From the NCBI RefSeq assembly GCF_900079115.1, contig NZ_LT549890.1, forward strand, positions 330,001 to 362,000: a stretch of DNA of 32,000 nucleotides, given 5' to 3'. This document shows positions 17,617-26,757 of the stretch, piece by piece (position 1 is the stretch's first letter; the number at the start of each line of letters is the position of its first letter). The position numbers and the translations under genes are program-made. The notes beneath the pieces are model-generated. The model was not told the DNA's origin. It ran no database searches and saw nothing but the letters and a program-made list of their open reading frames with translations. This stretch comes from Saccharolobus solfataricus (GTDB taxonomy: Archaea > Thermoproteota > Thermoprotei_A > Sulfolobales > Sulfolobaceae).

Positions 17617-19335
17617 ATGTATGAGAAGAGACACATTGTTGCTAATATATTAATGCTTATTGTAGCTTATCTAGTTGATAATTTAATGTATTATTTGACA
17701 TCAGCAGGTAATTTAAGCCAGTTAGTAAATAATCTGTCTACATTACTATTAATTATTCCTATATTAGTAGTGATATTTTCAGTATTCATAACTTTAATGT
17801 TTTCATCCATAATAGTCTCATTCCTTTATTACGTAACAGCCATAGCTTACGCGTTAGTAATTTCTAATAACGTGGGCTCTACCCTTATTTTATCTACGTT
17901 CTTAAATTTGTTAGGATATTATGCTCTTGCTACTATTATTATCGGAGTTATATTGGGAATTTCTAGAAGAAGTTTTCCAGATGAGATTTTGTTAAATGTT
18001 TCACGGCTTAATGTGAGTGTTAATAAGAAGAATGCTATCTATGGGGGATTGATTGTTTTAATTTCTTTCCTGATTTTCTATGAGGTTTTATCCAGTCCAT
18101 TCTTGTTTGTAGGTAGCATAGCATCATTCACCTTACTATTCTTTATTTCAAATGACTCTATTTTTCCGTTAATTATCTTGTCGTGGTTCTCATTTCCATT
18201 CCTATTTACGCAATTATCTGCGTATTCTGTTAACGAGAAGGGGATAGAGCTCGGTTCTATTGAGGGAGTGTTGGCTCCTTCATTAGTTAATAGGATATCT
18301 AATACTAAGTATGGTTGGAAGAAATTTTCTAACTTGAAGTTTGTTCTAAACTTTGATGGAGCAAAGAACTATAACATAGTGATACTAGGTACAAGTGGAT
18401 CTGGAAAGTCTAGTTTAGCTAAGAGTATTATTGGGAAATTTACAGATGCTAGTTTCTTGGTTTTTGATCTACATGGAGAGTATGAGATTGAAAAAGCAGA
18501 AAGAATTGACATCTCTAAGAATTCATTAAATCCTCTTTCGTTAAATGGCGCATCTCCTAGGCAAAGGGCATTGGAAGTGGCTTATATGCTAAGGTCCATT
18601 TTTAAACTTGGTAATTTACAAACTATAGATATTTTTAATATTATAATGGATACCTATGCCGAAAAGGGAATTGATGAAAACGATGAGAGCAGTTGGAATT
18701 TAACACCACCTACTTTTAGGGATGTATTATTAATGATAGAGAGAAGGAAGAAATTAGTTGATAATTCACAAGACCTTTCTAGGCTATCTTCAATTGAACC
18801 GTATATACAATTTTTGGCTAATCAAATTTTAAGTGGTAATAGCTTAAATATGAAAAAAATTTTCGAGAGTAATATAATTCTGGATTTTTCTAAAGTTACT
18901 ACAGACGAGCTAAAATATGTTTTAATTGAAACGATACTTAGAGATTTTAGAAATTACATATATAGGCGTGGGATATCTGGTTTGTGGAAATTTTTGGTTA
19001 TAGACGAGGCTCCTTTTATACTCAGTAAAGAGACTGGATTAGAGATAGTTGAGAGATTATTCGCAGAGGTTAGGAAGTTCGGAGTCGGAATGATTCTTAT
19101 ATCTCAATTAACTGAGAATATAGAAAATATTGTCCAAAATTCGAGTTATATCTTTATATTTAATGTTGTTGAGCCAAAAGAGTTAGATTACTTAAGTAGG
19201 GTGTTAAGTGGAAGCGACAGAGATAAATACGAGGCTATTTATCAAGCTATTCGATCTTTAGAAAGGGGTTACGTGGTTACTGTAAGCGGGGATAACAGAG
19301 CTATACTTTTAGTAAAGCTTAATTCTTTAAAATAA
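17617..19335 (+). CDS. polytopic membrane domain (about 7 TM) fused to a HerA/FtsK/VirB4-superfamily P-loop ATPase (DUF87-like); function unknown
   Basis: Residues ~7-200 form consecutive hydrophobic helices. Walker A is NIVILGTSGSGKSS (nt 18388..18411), followed by FLVFDLHGEY (a HerA/VirB4-type signature). Walker B is KFLVIDEAPF, followed by GMILISQ. Confidence 0.7.
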   Translation: MYEKRHIVANILMLIVAYLVDNLMYYLTSAGNLSQLVNNLSTLLLIIPILVVIFSVFITLMFSSIIVSFLYYVTAIAYALVISNNVGSTLILSTFLNLLGYYALATIIIGVILGISRRSFPDEILLNVSRLNVSVNKKNAIYGGLIVLISFLIFYEVLSSPFLFVGSIASFTLLFFISNDSIFPLIILSWFSFPFLFTQLSAYSVNEKGIELGSIEGVLAPSLVNRISNTKYGWKKFSNLKFVLNFDGAKNYNIVILGTSGSGKSSLAKSIIGKFTDASFLVFDLHGEYEIEKAERIDISKNSLNPLSLNGASPRQRALEVAYMLRSIFKLGNLQTIDIFNIIMDTYAEKGIDENDESSWNLTPPTFRDVLLMIERRKKLVDNSQDLSRLSSIEPYIQFLANQILSGNSLNMKKIFESNIILDFSKVTTDELKYVLIETILRDFRNYIYRRGISGLWKFLVIDEAPFILSKETGLEIVERLFAEVRKFGVGMILISQLTENIENIVQNSSYIFIFNVVEPKELDYLSRVLSGSDRDKYEAIYQAIRSLERGYVVTVSGDNRAILLVKLNSLK

Positions 19336-19650
19336 ATGGTATCTGGTATGTCAACAGATGAGGAAAAGGAAGGGACTAGTGACGAGGAGGTTAATGAGGA
19401 AAAGGAAGTTGAGGAGACATCGGAAGACGAGTTTCCAAAACTTTCAATACAAGATATAGAGCTACTAATGAGAAATACTGAAATTTGGGATAACTTGTTG
19501 AACGGTAAGATTACTTTGGAGGAAGCTAAGAAGTTGTTTGAGGATAATTACAAGGAATATGAAAAGAGGGATTCTAGGAGGAAAGCTAAAAAGGCTGTTA
19601 GTAAAAAAGTTAAAAAGACAAAGAAAAAAGAGAAGAGCGTAGAGGGTTAA
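19336..19650 (+). CDS. rpo13: RNA polymerase subunit Rpo13 (Sulfolobales-specific)
   Basis: 104 aa. It has an acidic N-terminus, a helix-turn-helix core (FPKLSIQDIELLMRNTEIWDNLLNGKITLEEAKKLFEDNY) and a Lys-rich tail (RRKAKKAVSKKVKKTKKKEK). This matches my memory of Rpo13. The ATG directly follows the ATPase stop (TAAATG). Confidence 0.7.
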   Translation: MVSGMSTDEEKEGTSDEEVNEEKEVEETSEDEFPKLSIQDIELLMRNTEIWDNLLNGKITLEEAKKLFEDNYKEYEKRDSRRKAKKAVSKKVKKTKKKEKSVEG

Positions 19651-19654
19651 AATT

Positions 19655-20404
19655 ATGTTTAAGATTGTTTACCCTAATGCAAAAGACTTTTTCTCTTTTA
19701 TAAATTCCATTACGAACGTTACTGATTCCATTATTCTAAATTTCACTGAAGATGGAATATTTTCGAGACATTTGACTGAAGATAAAGTGCTAATGGCGAT
19801 TATGAGAATACCTAAAGATGTTTTAAGCGAATATAGTATTGATAGCCCTACTTCAGTTAAATTGGATGTCTCTTCAGTAAAGAAGATTCTTTCAAAAGCC
19901 AGCTCAAAGAAAGCTACGATCGAGTTGACAGAGACTGATAGTGGATTAAAGATTATAATAAGAGATGAGAAGAGTGGGGCGAAAAGTACAATTTATATTA
20001 AAGCAGAGAAAGGTCAAGTTGAACAACTAACTGAACCGAAAGTTAATTTGGCCGTGAATTTCACTACAGATGAAAGTGTACTTAATGTAATAGCAGCTGA
20101 CGTAACTTTGGTTGGAGAAGAGATGAGGATTTCAACAGAGGAGGATAAGATAAAGATAGAGGCTGGTGAGGAGGGGAAAAGATATGTCGCATTTCTTATG
20201 AAGGATAAACCCCTAAAGGAACTTTCTATAGATACATCGGCATCATCTTCTTATAGCGCGGAAATGTTTAAGGATGCTGTAAAAGGTCTAAGAGGTTTTT
20301 CGGCCCCAACAATGGTAAGCTTTGGAGAAAATCTCCCTATGAAAATTGACGTAGAAGCAGTAAGTGGGGGTCATATGATCTTTTGGATAGCGCCAAGGTT
20401 ATAA
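19655..20404 (+). CDS. PCNA1: DNA sliding clamp subunit PCNA1
   Basis: 249 aa, from MFKIVYPNAKDFFSFINSITNVTDSIILNF to ...GGHMIFWIAPRL. It has the PCNA two-domain fold signature and is recognised as the PCNA1 paralog of the Sulfolobus heterotrimer. Confidence 0.9.
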   Translation: MFKIVYPNAKDFFSFINSITNVTDSIILNFTEDGIFSRHLTEDKVLMAIMRIPKDVLSEYSIDSPTSVKLDVSSVKKILSKASSKKATIELTETDSGLKIIIRDEKSGAKSTIYIKAEKGQVEQLTEPKVNLAVNFTTDESVLNVIAADVTLVGEEMRISTEEDKIKIEAGEEGKRYVAFLMKDKPLKELSIDTSASSSYSAEMFKDAVKGLRGFSAPTMVSFGENLPMKIDVEAVSGGHMIFWIAPRL

Positions 20405-21510
20405 ATTATTTTATTACCTCTTTTTATAATTCCAATATATTTATTATTTGAGTTTAATATGCCCGTGCTATCTCCCTCAAGGACTAGTAACCCAGCTTCA
20501 ATAGGGTTCCCCTCTTCTATCCATCCTCTAATTCCTAAAAACTTATAAGCGTTAATAGTACTTGCCTTCAATATTTGTAGTGAGTGGTCAGAAAGTGGAT
20601 CTTGAACCCTTGAAATTAGAAGCAAAGTCTCCATTTCTTTCCACATGTCTGGATCTAATACTCCCCCATTATCAGTTCCAATCAATAGATTAACCCCACT
20701 CTTTAACCCATTTATTACCTTTGGTATCCCTACAGAGAACCACAGATTACTCCTTGGACAATAAACTATGGATGCTTTCCTATATCTCATAATATCAATT
20801 TCCTCTTCACTTAAATAAGTACCATGTATTATTAGGTTTGGTTCATATCTTTTCATAACGTACTCTAAGTCATCTCTTAACCAATGTTTTATGGTCTCGG
20901 ATACGTGAACAGACCTAATTTTATTGTTAAATACGTGTTTTATTAACTCTATTTCAGATGTGCTAAAAGCACTAGATAACCCATAACCGTCAGCTATTTT
21001 ATATAAACTATTTAAATTACGGATATCCTTGAACTCATCTTCTTCAAGTCTTCCTAGAAAGTAATACTTCACCCCGTTCGTAGCCATTTTCTTCTTAATT
21101 GTACTTGAAATTAAGCTTCCCTCTAATCCTTGCTCTCTAAAGTCTATCATTACATTTGAACCTAGTTCTCTCGCTCTTAAGACAAATCTCTCTATGGAGT
21201 TCATGATGGATTCTTTTGTGTTTTTTGCAAAACATTCGTATTTAACGCTATGCGGATCTCCAACGACTTTACTTATTGGCATATTGTATCCCATTTCTTG
21301 GCATATGAAGTCGGCAGAATGCACATGAGCGTTAACTATCCCAGGGATTAAGATTCCGTTTTTAAACGTTATGCCTTCAGATGAGAAACCATTTCCTATA
21401 TGAGTTATTATACCTTCTTCTATTTCTATATTAACGTTCTCTCTTATTTCTAGCTCTTCTCCTACGAGAGCTATTCTTACATTTAGTGTTATTCTTCCTC
21501 CATATGCCAA
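20371..21510 (-). CDS. amidohydrolase-superfamily enzyme of the deaminase/chlorohydrolase type
   Basis: The metal and catalytic motifs occur in the canonical order: NAHVHS (HxH), HVSET (HxxE, typical of deaminases in this superfamily), HGTYL and GTDNGG. The start is TTG 21510, overlapping the arfA stop by 22 nt. The 3' end overlaps the PCNA1 3' end by 34 nt (convergent). Confidence 0.75.
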   Translation of the reverse strand: MAYGGRITLNVRIALVGEELEIRENVNIEIEEGIITHIGNGFSSEGITFKNGILIPGIVNAHVHSADFICQEMGYNMPISKVVGDPHSVKYECFAKNTKESIMNSIERFVLRARELGSNVMIDFREQGLEGSLISSTIKKKMATNGVKYYFLGRLEEDEFKDIRNLNSLYKIADGYGLSSAFSTSEIELIKHVFNNKIRSVHVSETIKHWLRDDLEYVMKRYEPNLIIHGTYLSEEEIDIMRYRKASIVYCPRSNLWFSVGIPKVINGLKSGVNLLIGTDNGGVLDPDMWKEMETLLLISRVQDPLSDHSLQILKASTINAYKFLGIRGWIEEGNPIEAGLLVLEGDSTGILNSNNKYIGIIKRGNKIIYNLGAIQKII

Positions 21511-22184
21511 GTTTTTTCCCTATTATTTCTTATTTTTTCTAAAGAAGTAGTAGCCAATCTTATTGCAGTTCTCGCATTTTTCCCTATTCCTATTCCTACC
21601 TTTATCTTGTTATCATCACTAAATTCTTCGATTACTTTATTGACGCTCTCAGTCGATATAAAGCCTAAATAATTATCCCCGCCTAGATATTGCAGTATCC
21701 CGCCTATCTTGTATAAAAATCTTGATAAGTTTACATATATATTGGTTATCTCTATAAATGAGTCGTATACAGATGTGTATTTTAACGTTTCCGTATTAAA
21801 ATTTATATCGAAATGCAAAGCGGCTATTTTTTCGTCTGTATATTCCTTAATTTCATTATCGTCTTGATTATTTAGACAAATTGACGCGTTCCATTGCGCC
21901 TCTAGTGGAGTTTTTCCATAACCTAGGCAAGACTTTATCCTTACTGGAAGGTTCTCTTGCATATCATTTATCATGTATGCTAGTTGAGTGGTAGTTATCC
22001 CATCAGCTATCATTAGGAAATTGTCAAATCTGAGTTGAAGGGGAAATGTGTTATATTGGGAGGCTATTTCATGAATTTTCATCATAAATTTATTTTGAAT
22101 TTTTTGGATTAACCACTCTCTATCATACCCTAACCTTTCAGTCCACTCTCTATAATCTAAAAGCTTTATCGCTAATATCTTCAC
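21489..22184 (-). CDS. arfA: GTP cyclohydrolase III (ArfA, MJ0145 family), first step of archaeal riboflavin/F420 pyrimidine synthesis
   Basis: 231 aa. Recalled similarity to MJ0145: N-terminal [10 protein letters not shown] (vs VQIDNYGPWT), GGDNYLGF (vs GGDNFM), and [13 protein letters not shown] (vs KAGIGIGKTAEDA). The GTG start overlaps the ribH stop (GTGA). Confidence 0.8.
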   Translation of the reverse strand: MKILAIKLLDYREWTERLGYDREWLIQKIQNKFMMKIHEIASQYNTFPLQLRFDNFLMIADGITTTQLAYMINDMQENLPVRIKSCLGYGKTPLEAQWNASICLNNQDDNEIKEYTDEKIAALHFDINFNTETLKYTSVYDSFIEITNIYVNLSRFLYKIGGILQYLGGDNYLGFISTESVNKVIEEFSDDNKIKVGIGIGKNARTAIRLATTSLEKIRNNREKTWHMEEE

Positions 22185-22645
22185 TCTATGATCACCGTTT
22201 CCTTGATTTCTTTTAATTCATCTAATTTCCTAGTTCTCTGAACTAATTTTATTGCAGCCTCTACTGCTCTGGTAGCGTATTCTTCAATTCTTTCAACAGC
22301 TTGTTCGTGGGTTGCTCCATGCCCAATTATCCCTAACGTCACTGGTTTGTTGAATTCCGTAGAGAGATCGACTATTTTCCTAGCAGTCTGGCTTGCAACT
22401 AGCTCATCGTGCTTAGTTTCTCCCTTTATTACTGCTCCTAAAGTCACCACAGCATCTATGAAGTCTTTCTCAAGAAGTTTTTTAATTGCAAGAGGCATAT
22501 CGAAGGTGCCTGGTACTTTTATTACCACTTTTACTTCCACATTCAAGAATCTAGCATGTGATAATGCTTTTTGTAACATCAACTGCGTAATATCATAGTT
22601 GAATTCAGCTACTACTATACCTAGTCTAATCGATTTCTCCTGCAT
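22181..22645 (-). CDS. ribH: 6,7-dimethyl-8-ribityllumazine synthase
   Basis: 154 aa, with [32 protein letters not shown] and [12 protein letters not shown] as lumazine synthase signatures. Confidence 0.9.
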   Translation of the reverse strand: MQEKSIRLGIVVAEFNYDITQLMLQKALSHARFLNVEVKVVIKVPGTFDMPLAIKKLLEKDFIDAVVTLGAVIKGETKHDELVASQTARKIVDLSTEFNKPVTLGIIGHGATHEQAVERIEEYATRAVEAAIKLVQRTRKLDELKEIKETVIIE

Positions 22646-23093
22646 TGCTATACCCCTGTCTCAACCCTTTCCCCGCGTATTTAGTTAGCGCATTTTTGCC
22701 CTCCTTTACTAGCTTAACTAAGTTTTTAGCGTGTTTAGTGGCTCTATCAATTGCTATTTCCTTTAGTTTCTCCTCATCATCTGCTTCATCCTCATGTACT
22801 GTTACGTCAATCACGTGTTTAGAAGTTAGAATTTGAACCATTATTAAGCCTATGCTCGTAGCTAAGTAGCTGTACTTATCTAACATCGTTTTGCCTACCC
22901 ATCCCAAGGTTATTACACCATCACATCCTTCATCTATTAATCTTTTCGCAGCTACTGGTAGGTCTTTAATACCTGGTACAGTATACCTAACGATATCCGC
23001 TTCACTGTCTTCGCTTCTTATTACCTTGTATACTAGACTTCCCATATCTACTCTTGAAAATGTAGTATCCGCTATTCCATATTTTCTCGTCAT
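22626..23093 (-). CDS. ribC: archaeal-type riboflavin synthase (MJ1184 family, a lumazine-synthase paralog)
   Basis: 155 aa. The segments [38 protein letters not shown] and [13 protein letters not shown] closely parallel the M. jannaschii enzyme as I recall it. Confidence 0.85.
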   Translation of the reverse strand: MTRKYGIADTTFSRVDMGSLVYKVIRSEDSEADIVRYTVPGIKDLPVAAKRLIDEGCDGVITLGWVGKTMLDKYSYLATSIGLIMVQILTSKHVIDVTVHEDEADDEEKLKEIAIDRATKHAKNLVKLVKEGKNALTKYAGKGLRQGYSNAGEID

Positions 23094-23749
23094 ATGATCA
23101 CCTCTTTAAAGATGTCTTTTCCCTCTATAAAGTGAAGCCCGAAGTTCTTTGCAATCATTTTTGCCTTATCTTTATTCATGCTGGACTTCTCGTCTAGTAT
23201 CTCTGCTATTACCGCACTTCTTTCTAATCCTAGTTTTTGTAACAATGTTATTGATAATTCAGTATGGCCCCTTCTCTCTCTTATATCCCTTGCAATGAGT
23301 ATAGGTACATGACCTGGTGTCATGAAGTTCTCATAAAATTCCCTTCTTGCCTCTTCTGGATTTGTTTTAGTTTTGAGTATTATTTTATGTAATTCGCTTA
23401 TAGTAATATATCTATCATAGTCAGAGATTCCAGTTTTTGTATTAACATGATTAACCCACACGGAAAATGCTGGGTAATCTCCATAAGAAGGCTTCTTTAC
23501 TAGTTTACTGTATGTTTCGTGTTGTTTTAACTCTTCTGCTATAAAATTCAGACCTAATGTTTTAGCTTCGTTAATTGCTGTTGCGTAGCATATTAATCCC
23601 CCTGCTTCTTTCCTTAGAGTATATATGCTTTTCCAGCTTATTGCTCCCGCGTAAAATACCATGTCAGTTTCTTCTTCCCTTCCATCAAAATCATATATTA
23701 ATATCGGTATTCCAGATTCTAGATCTTTACGTAAACTGAGAAAATCCAT
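23090..23749 (-). CDS. ribB: 3,4-dihydroxy-2-butanone 4-phosphate synthase
   Basis: 219 aa. The archaeal RibB pattern is FDGREEETDMVFYAGAIS, ...GGLICYA and RRGHTELSI. Its stop overlaps the ribC start (ATGA). Confidence 0.85.
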   Translation of the reverse strand: MDFLSLRKDLESGIPILIYDFDGREEETDMVFYAGAISWKSIYTLRKEAGGLICYATAINEAKTLGLNFIAEELKQHETYSKLVKKPSYGDYPAFSVWVNHVNTKTGISDYDRYITISELHKIILKTKTNPEEARREFYENFMTPGHVPILIARDIRERRGHTELSITLLQKLGLERSAVIAEILDEKSSMNKDKAKMIAKNFGLHFIEGKDIFKEVII

Positions 23750-23876
23750 ACCAAGAATATCAGAACTGCAATAGTATAAAAAAGTATTTACTCATATCTA
23801 AGTACAATATTTATTTAAACGGGTAAATTATTGATCCAACAGAAATATAAGCTTAAGTTATAAAGTTATAGTAGCA

Positions 23877-24635
23877 ATGTCCTCTACTGGATATAATCCA
23901 TTCAACTGGAAGTTTGTACTACTATCACAAGTAATGATGATATTGTTTTCTCTAGTACTTAGCTTTTTCCCAAAGTATTTTATAGAATTTTACATACTAT
24001 ACATTTTAGTTTACTTGGGTATAACATCAGTAATAATGATGCGTTCGAATCCTTTACTTAGAGAGAGGAGATCCTTAGGTGAAATAGCTAATGCTAGAAC
24101 CTTATATGAAGAGAAAAAAGCAAGTGAACTCGTAAACCAAGATGAGGAGTATTTAAAGGAAACTACTGAGGTAATGAAGAAGAATTTCTCCTCAATGGGT
24201 ATTATGTTCTTATACATGATAATACTAATATTAGTTTATAATTATGTGATAATTAGATTTGTTACTAATATTGATAATACATTATATAAATTTGGATTCT
24301 TCGTGTTGTATTTTGAATTGCTCTACGGTGTTAGCTTTTTAATGAATAGACGTGTACTAAAGTTTCAAACTAATATCCCCATGGCGCCTACATCATATAA
24401 AATAACAGAAAAAGGTATTATAGCTACTGATAGATCTGGCGTATTTTTACCATCAAAGTATCTAATAGATGCCCAAATTTCTCAAAATAGAGATAAAAAG
24501 TACATTGAGATTAGGTCTTCATCAAAGTTCCCATTCCAGGTGAGACTGTATTCACAAGATATAGATAAAGTTTCCGAATTAATTGAGAGGGTAAAGAAAA
24601 TAGAGCTCAAAAAACAATCCTCAGCTGAAAGTTAG
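23877..24635 (+). CDS. hypothetical membrane protein (4 predicted TM helices plus a ~90-aa C-terminal soluble domain)
   Basis: 252 aa. There are two hydrophobic helix pairs (aa ~12-55 and ~105-157) separated by a charged linker. I recognise no catalytic motifs. The 3' end overlaps the cbiA 3' end by 29 nt. Confidence 0.55.
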   Translation: MSSTGYNPFNWKFVLLSQVMMILFSLVLSFFPKYFIEFYILYILVYLGITSVIMMRSNPLLRERRSLGEIANARTLYEEKKASELVNQDEEYLKETTEVMKKNFSSMGIMFLYMIILILVYNYVIIRFVTNIDNTLYKFGFFVLYFELLYGVSFLMNRRVLKFQTNIPMAPTSYKITEKGIIATDRSGVFLPSKYLIDAQISQNRDKKYIEIRSSSKFPFQVRLYSQDIDKVSELIERVKKIELKKQSSAES

Positions 24636-25911
24636 AAAAGTGTAAGTGAGAGTAACTTGCAACAGTGTTATTGCTTTTTACGCCGTCCAATTTATTAATA
24701 ATACCTTTCCCTATTCTAACTTTAAATACAAATTCTTTTTCATTAACGCTTATGGGTTTAGACACATGAAATTCATGCCCCCTGACTACATTGTTCTTAT
24801 TAACTATGAAGTTCTCTTTAACTGCCTCTAATTCTGTATATCCAATTGTTAATTTATCTTTAGTTTTTATATCAATATCAAAAATACCAGTCATACTATG
24901 GTTTTTATTATTTTCGTCTATTAGGTTTTTAGATAAGTACATTAGTCCACCGCACTCAGCATAGATTTTTACTCCCGCGTAAGACATATTTTTAAGCCAT
25001 TTCTTCGTTCTAGTGGACTTTTCTAACTCATTTAGATGAAGTTCTGGATAACCTCCCCCGATATATATGGCTTCCGCATCCTCCACATATTCGTTATTTA
25101 GAGGGCTGAAGAATTCCAATTCGTATTTATTTTTCAATATATCCAAGTTTTCTTGATAATAGAAACTAAATGCTGGATCGTAAGCTATTGCCATTTTTCT
25201 TTTTACCCCATTACTCTCATTATCTTCCGGAAGATCGATTTCAAGATCTTCATCTGAAGCCATTTCATAGATCTTATCTAAATCAACGTATTTCTCTACT
25301 AACTCTGAGGCATATCTAATTAAGTTTTGTACTTCTCTATTATCTTCGACGGTAACTAAACCTAAATGTCTAGACTTAATTTCTAAATTCTTATCAAATG
25401 GGACATAGCCTAAAACTTCAACATCCTCTACTGCGTTCCTACAGTAATTATAATGGGTCTCAGAAGCTATTTTATTAAAGATTACACCCCTTATACTTAC
25501 GTCGCTTCTATAATATTTTAGCCCCTTTACAATTGCACCTACAGTGCTCCCTATGTTGGAGCAGTTAATTATTAAAATTATTGGGGTCTTAGTAACCTTG
25601 GCTAGCTCATAAGTGCTGTAAAGCGTGTCAACACCATCATATAAGCCCATTACTCCCTCAATTATTCCTATATCGAATTCCTTTCCGTATTTCGCTAGAC
25701 TTCTTTTTACATTATTTTTTCCCATCATCCATAAGTCCAAGTTTATTGAAGGAAAACCTGTGGCAATCTTGTGATATCCTGGATCTATGAAATCTGGTCC
25801 CGCTTTGAAACCTCTGACTTTATATTTTTTAGATAGTGCTCTCATTATTGCTGAGGTTATAAGCGTTTTACCTGATCCACTTCTATCTGATGATAACAAT
25901 ATCCTTTTCAT
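24607..25911 (-). CDS. cbiA: cobyrinic acid a,c-diamide synthase (CbiA/CobB family)
   Basis: 434 aa. It has an N-terminal P-loop ([19 protein letters not shown]) and a C-terminal glutamine amidotransferase with the nucleophile Cys ([10 protein letters not shown]) and a late HEFH. Confidence 0.85.
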   Translation of the reverse strand: MKRILLSSDRSGSGKTLITSAIMRALSKKYKVRGFKAGPDFIDPGYHKIATGFPSINLDLWMMGKNNVKRSLAKYGKEFDIGIIEGVMGLYDGVDTLYSTYELAKVTKTPIILIINCSNIGSTVGAIVKGLKYYRSDVSIRGVIFNKIASETHYNYCRNAVEDVEVLGYVPFDKNLEIKSRHLGLVTVEDNREVQNLIRYASELVEKYVDLDKIYEMASDEDLEIDLPEDNESNGVKRKMAIAYDPAFSFYYQENLDILKNKYELEFFSPLNNEYVEDAEAIYIGGGYPELHLNELEKSTRTKKWLKNMSYAGVKIYAECGGLMYLSKNLIDENNKNHSMTGIFDIDIKTKDKLTIGYTELEAVKENFIVNKNNVVRGHEFHVSKPISVNEKEFVFKVRIGKGIINKLDGVKSNNTVASYSHLHFSNFQLRIVF

Positions 25912-26020
25912 TGCTATTAGAAGTATATATTTAAAAGGTAGTTAAATCTTGTGAATCTTTAGTTAAATTGAAAGTATGATATATCTTAAATCTTTTGAAA
26001 GGAATATAAGATTGATTAAC

Positions 26021-26755
26021 ATGAAAGTAGTTTACGATGATGTAAGGGTTCTTAAAGATATCATACAAGCCTTAGCCAGGTTAGTTGATGAAGCGGTATT
26101 AAAGTTTAAGCAAGACAGCGTAGAGTTAGTCGCGCTAGATAGAGCTCATATTTCCCTTATATCAGTAAACTTGCCTAGAGAGATGTTTAAGGAGTATGAT
26201 GTAAATGACGAATTTAAATTTGGCTTTAATACTCAATATTTAATGAAAATTTTGAAAGTAGCCAAGAGAAAAGAGGCAATAGAGATAGCTAGTGAATCTC
26301 CAGACAGTGTTATCATAAATATTATAGGGAGTACTAATAGAGAATTTAATGTTAGGAACCTAGAGGTATCTGAACAAGAGATACCAGAGATCAATCTACA
26401 ATTTGATATATCAGCGACTATTTCCTCAGATGGTTTTAAGTCTGCTATATCAGAAGTTTCCACAGTTACGGATAATGTAGTTGTAGAGGGCCACGAAGAT
26501 AGAATACTAATTAAGGCTGAAGGTGAAAGCGAGGTTGAAGTTGAATTTTCAAAAGATACCGGAGGTCTTCAAGATTTGGAATTCTCTAAAGAGTCCAAGA
26601 ATTCATATTCCGCGGAATATCTTGATGACGTCTTATCTTTAACTAAACTTTCAGATTATGTGAAGATTTCATTCGGTAATCAGAAGCCCCTTCAGTTATT
26701 CTTTAATATGGAGGGAGGGGGGAAAGTTACTTATTTATTAGCTCCAAAAGTTTGA
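26021..26755 (+). CDS. PCNA3: DNA sliding clamp subunit PCNA3
   Basis: 244 aa from ATG 26021 ([29 protein letters not shown]...) to ...[12 protein letters not shown]. The 15-codon upstream extension in the track has no PCNA counterpart. Confidence 0.9.
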
Positions 26756-26757
26756 TA

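Noticed and set aside
22347-23097. Plus-strand ORFs 22347..22598, 22645..22836 and 22891..23097
   Set aside because: They are antisense to ribH and ribC, whose identities are secure.
25976-26020. 15-codon N-terminal extension of PCNA3 ([15 protein letters not shown])
   Set aside because: The PCNA fold begins at MKVVYDD (ATG 26021). The extension covers the promoter region.
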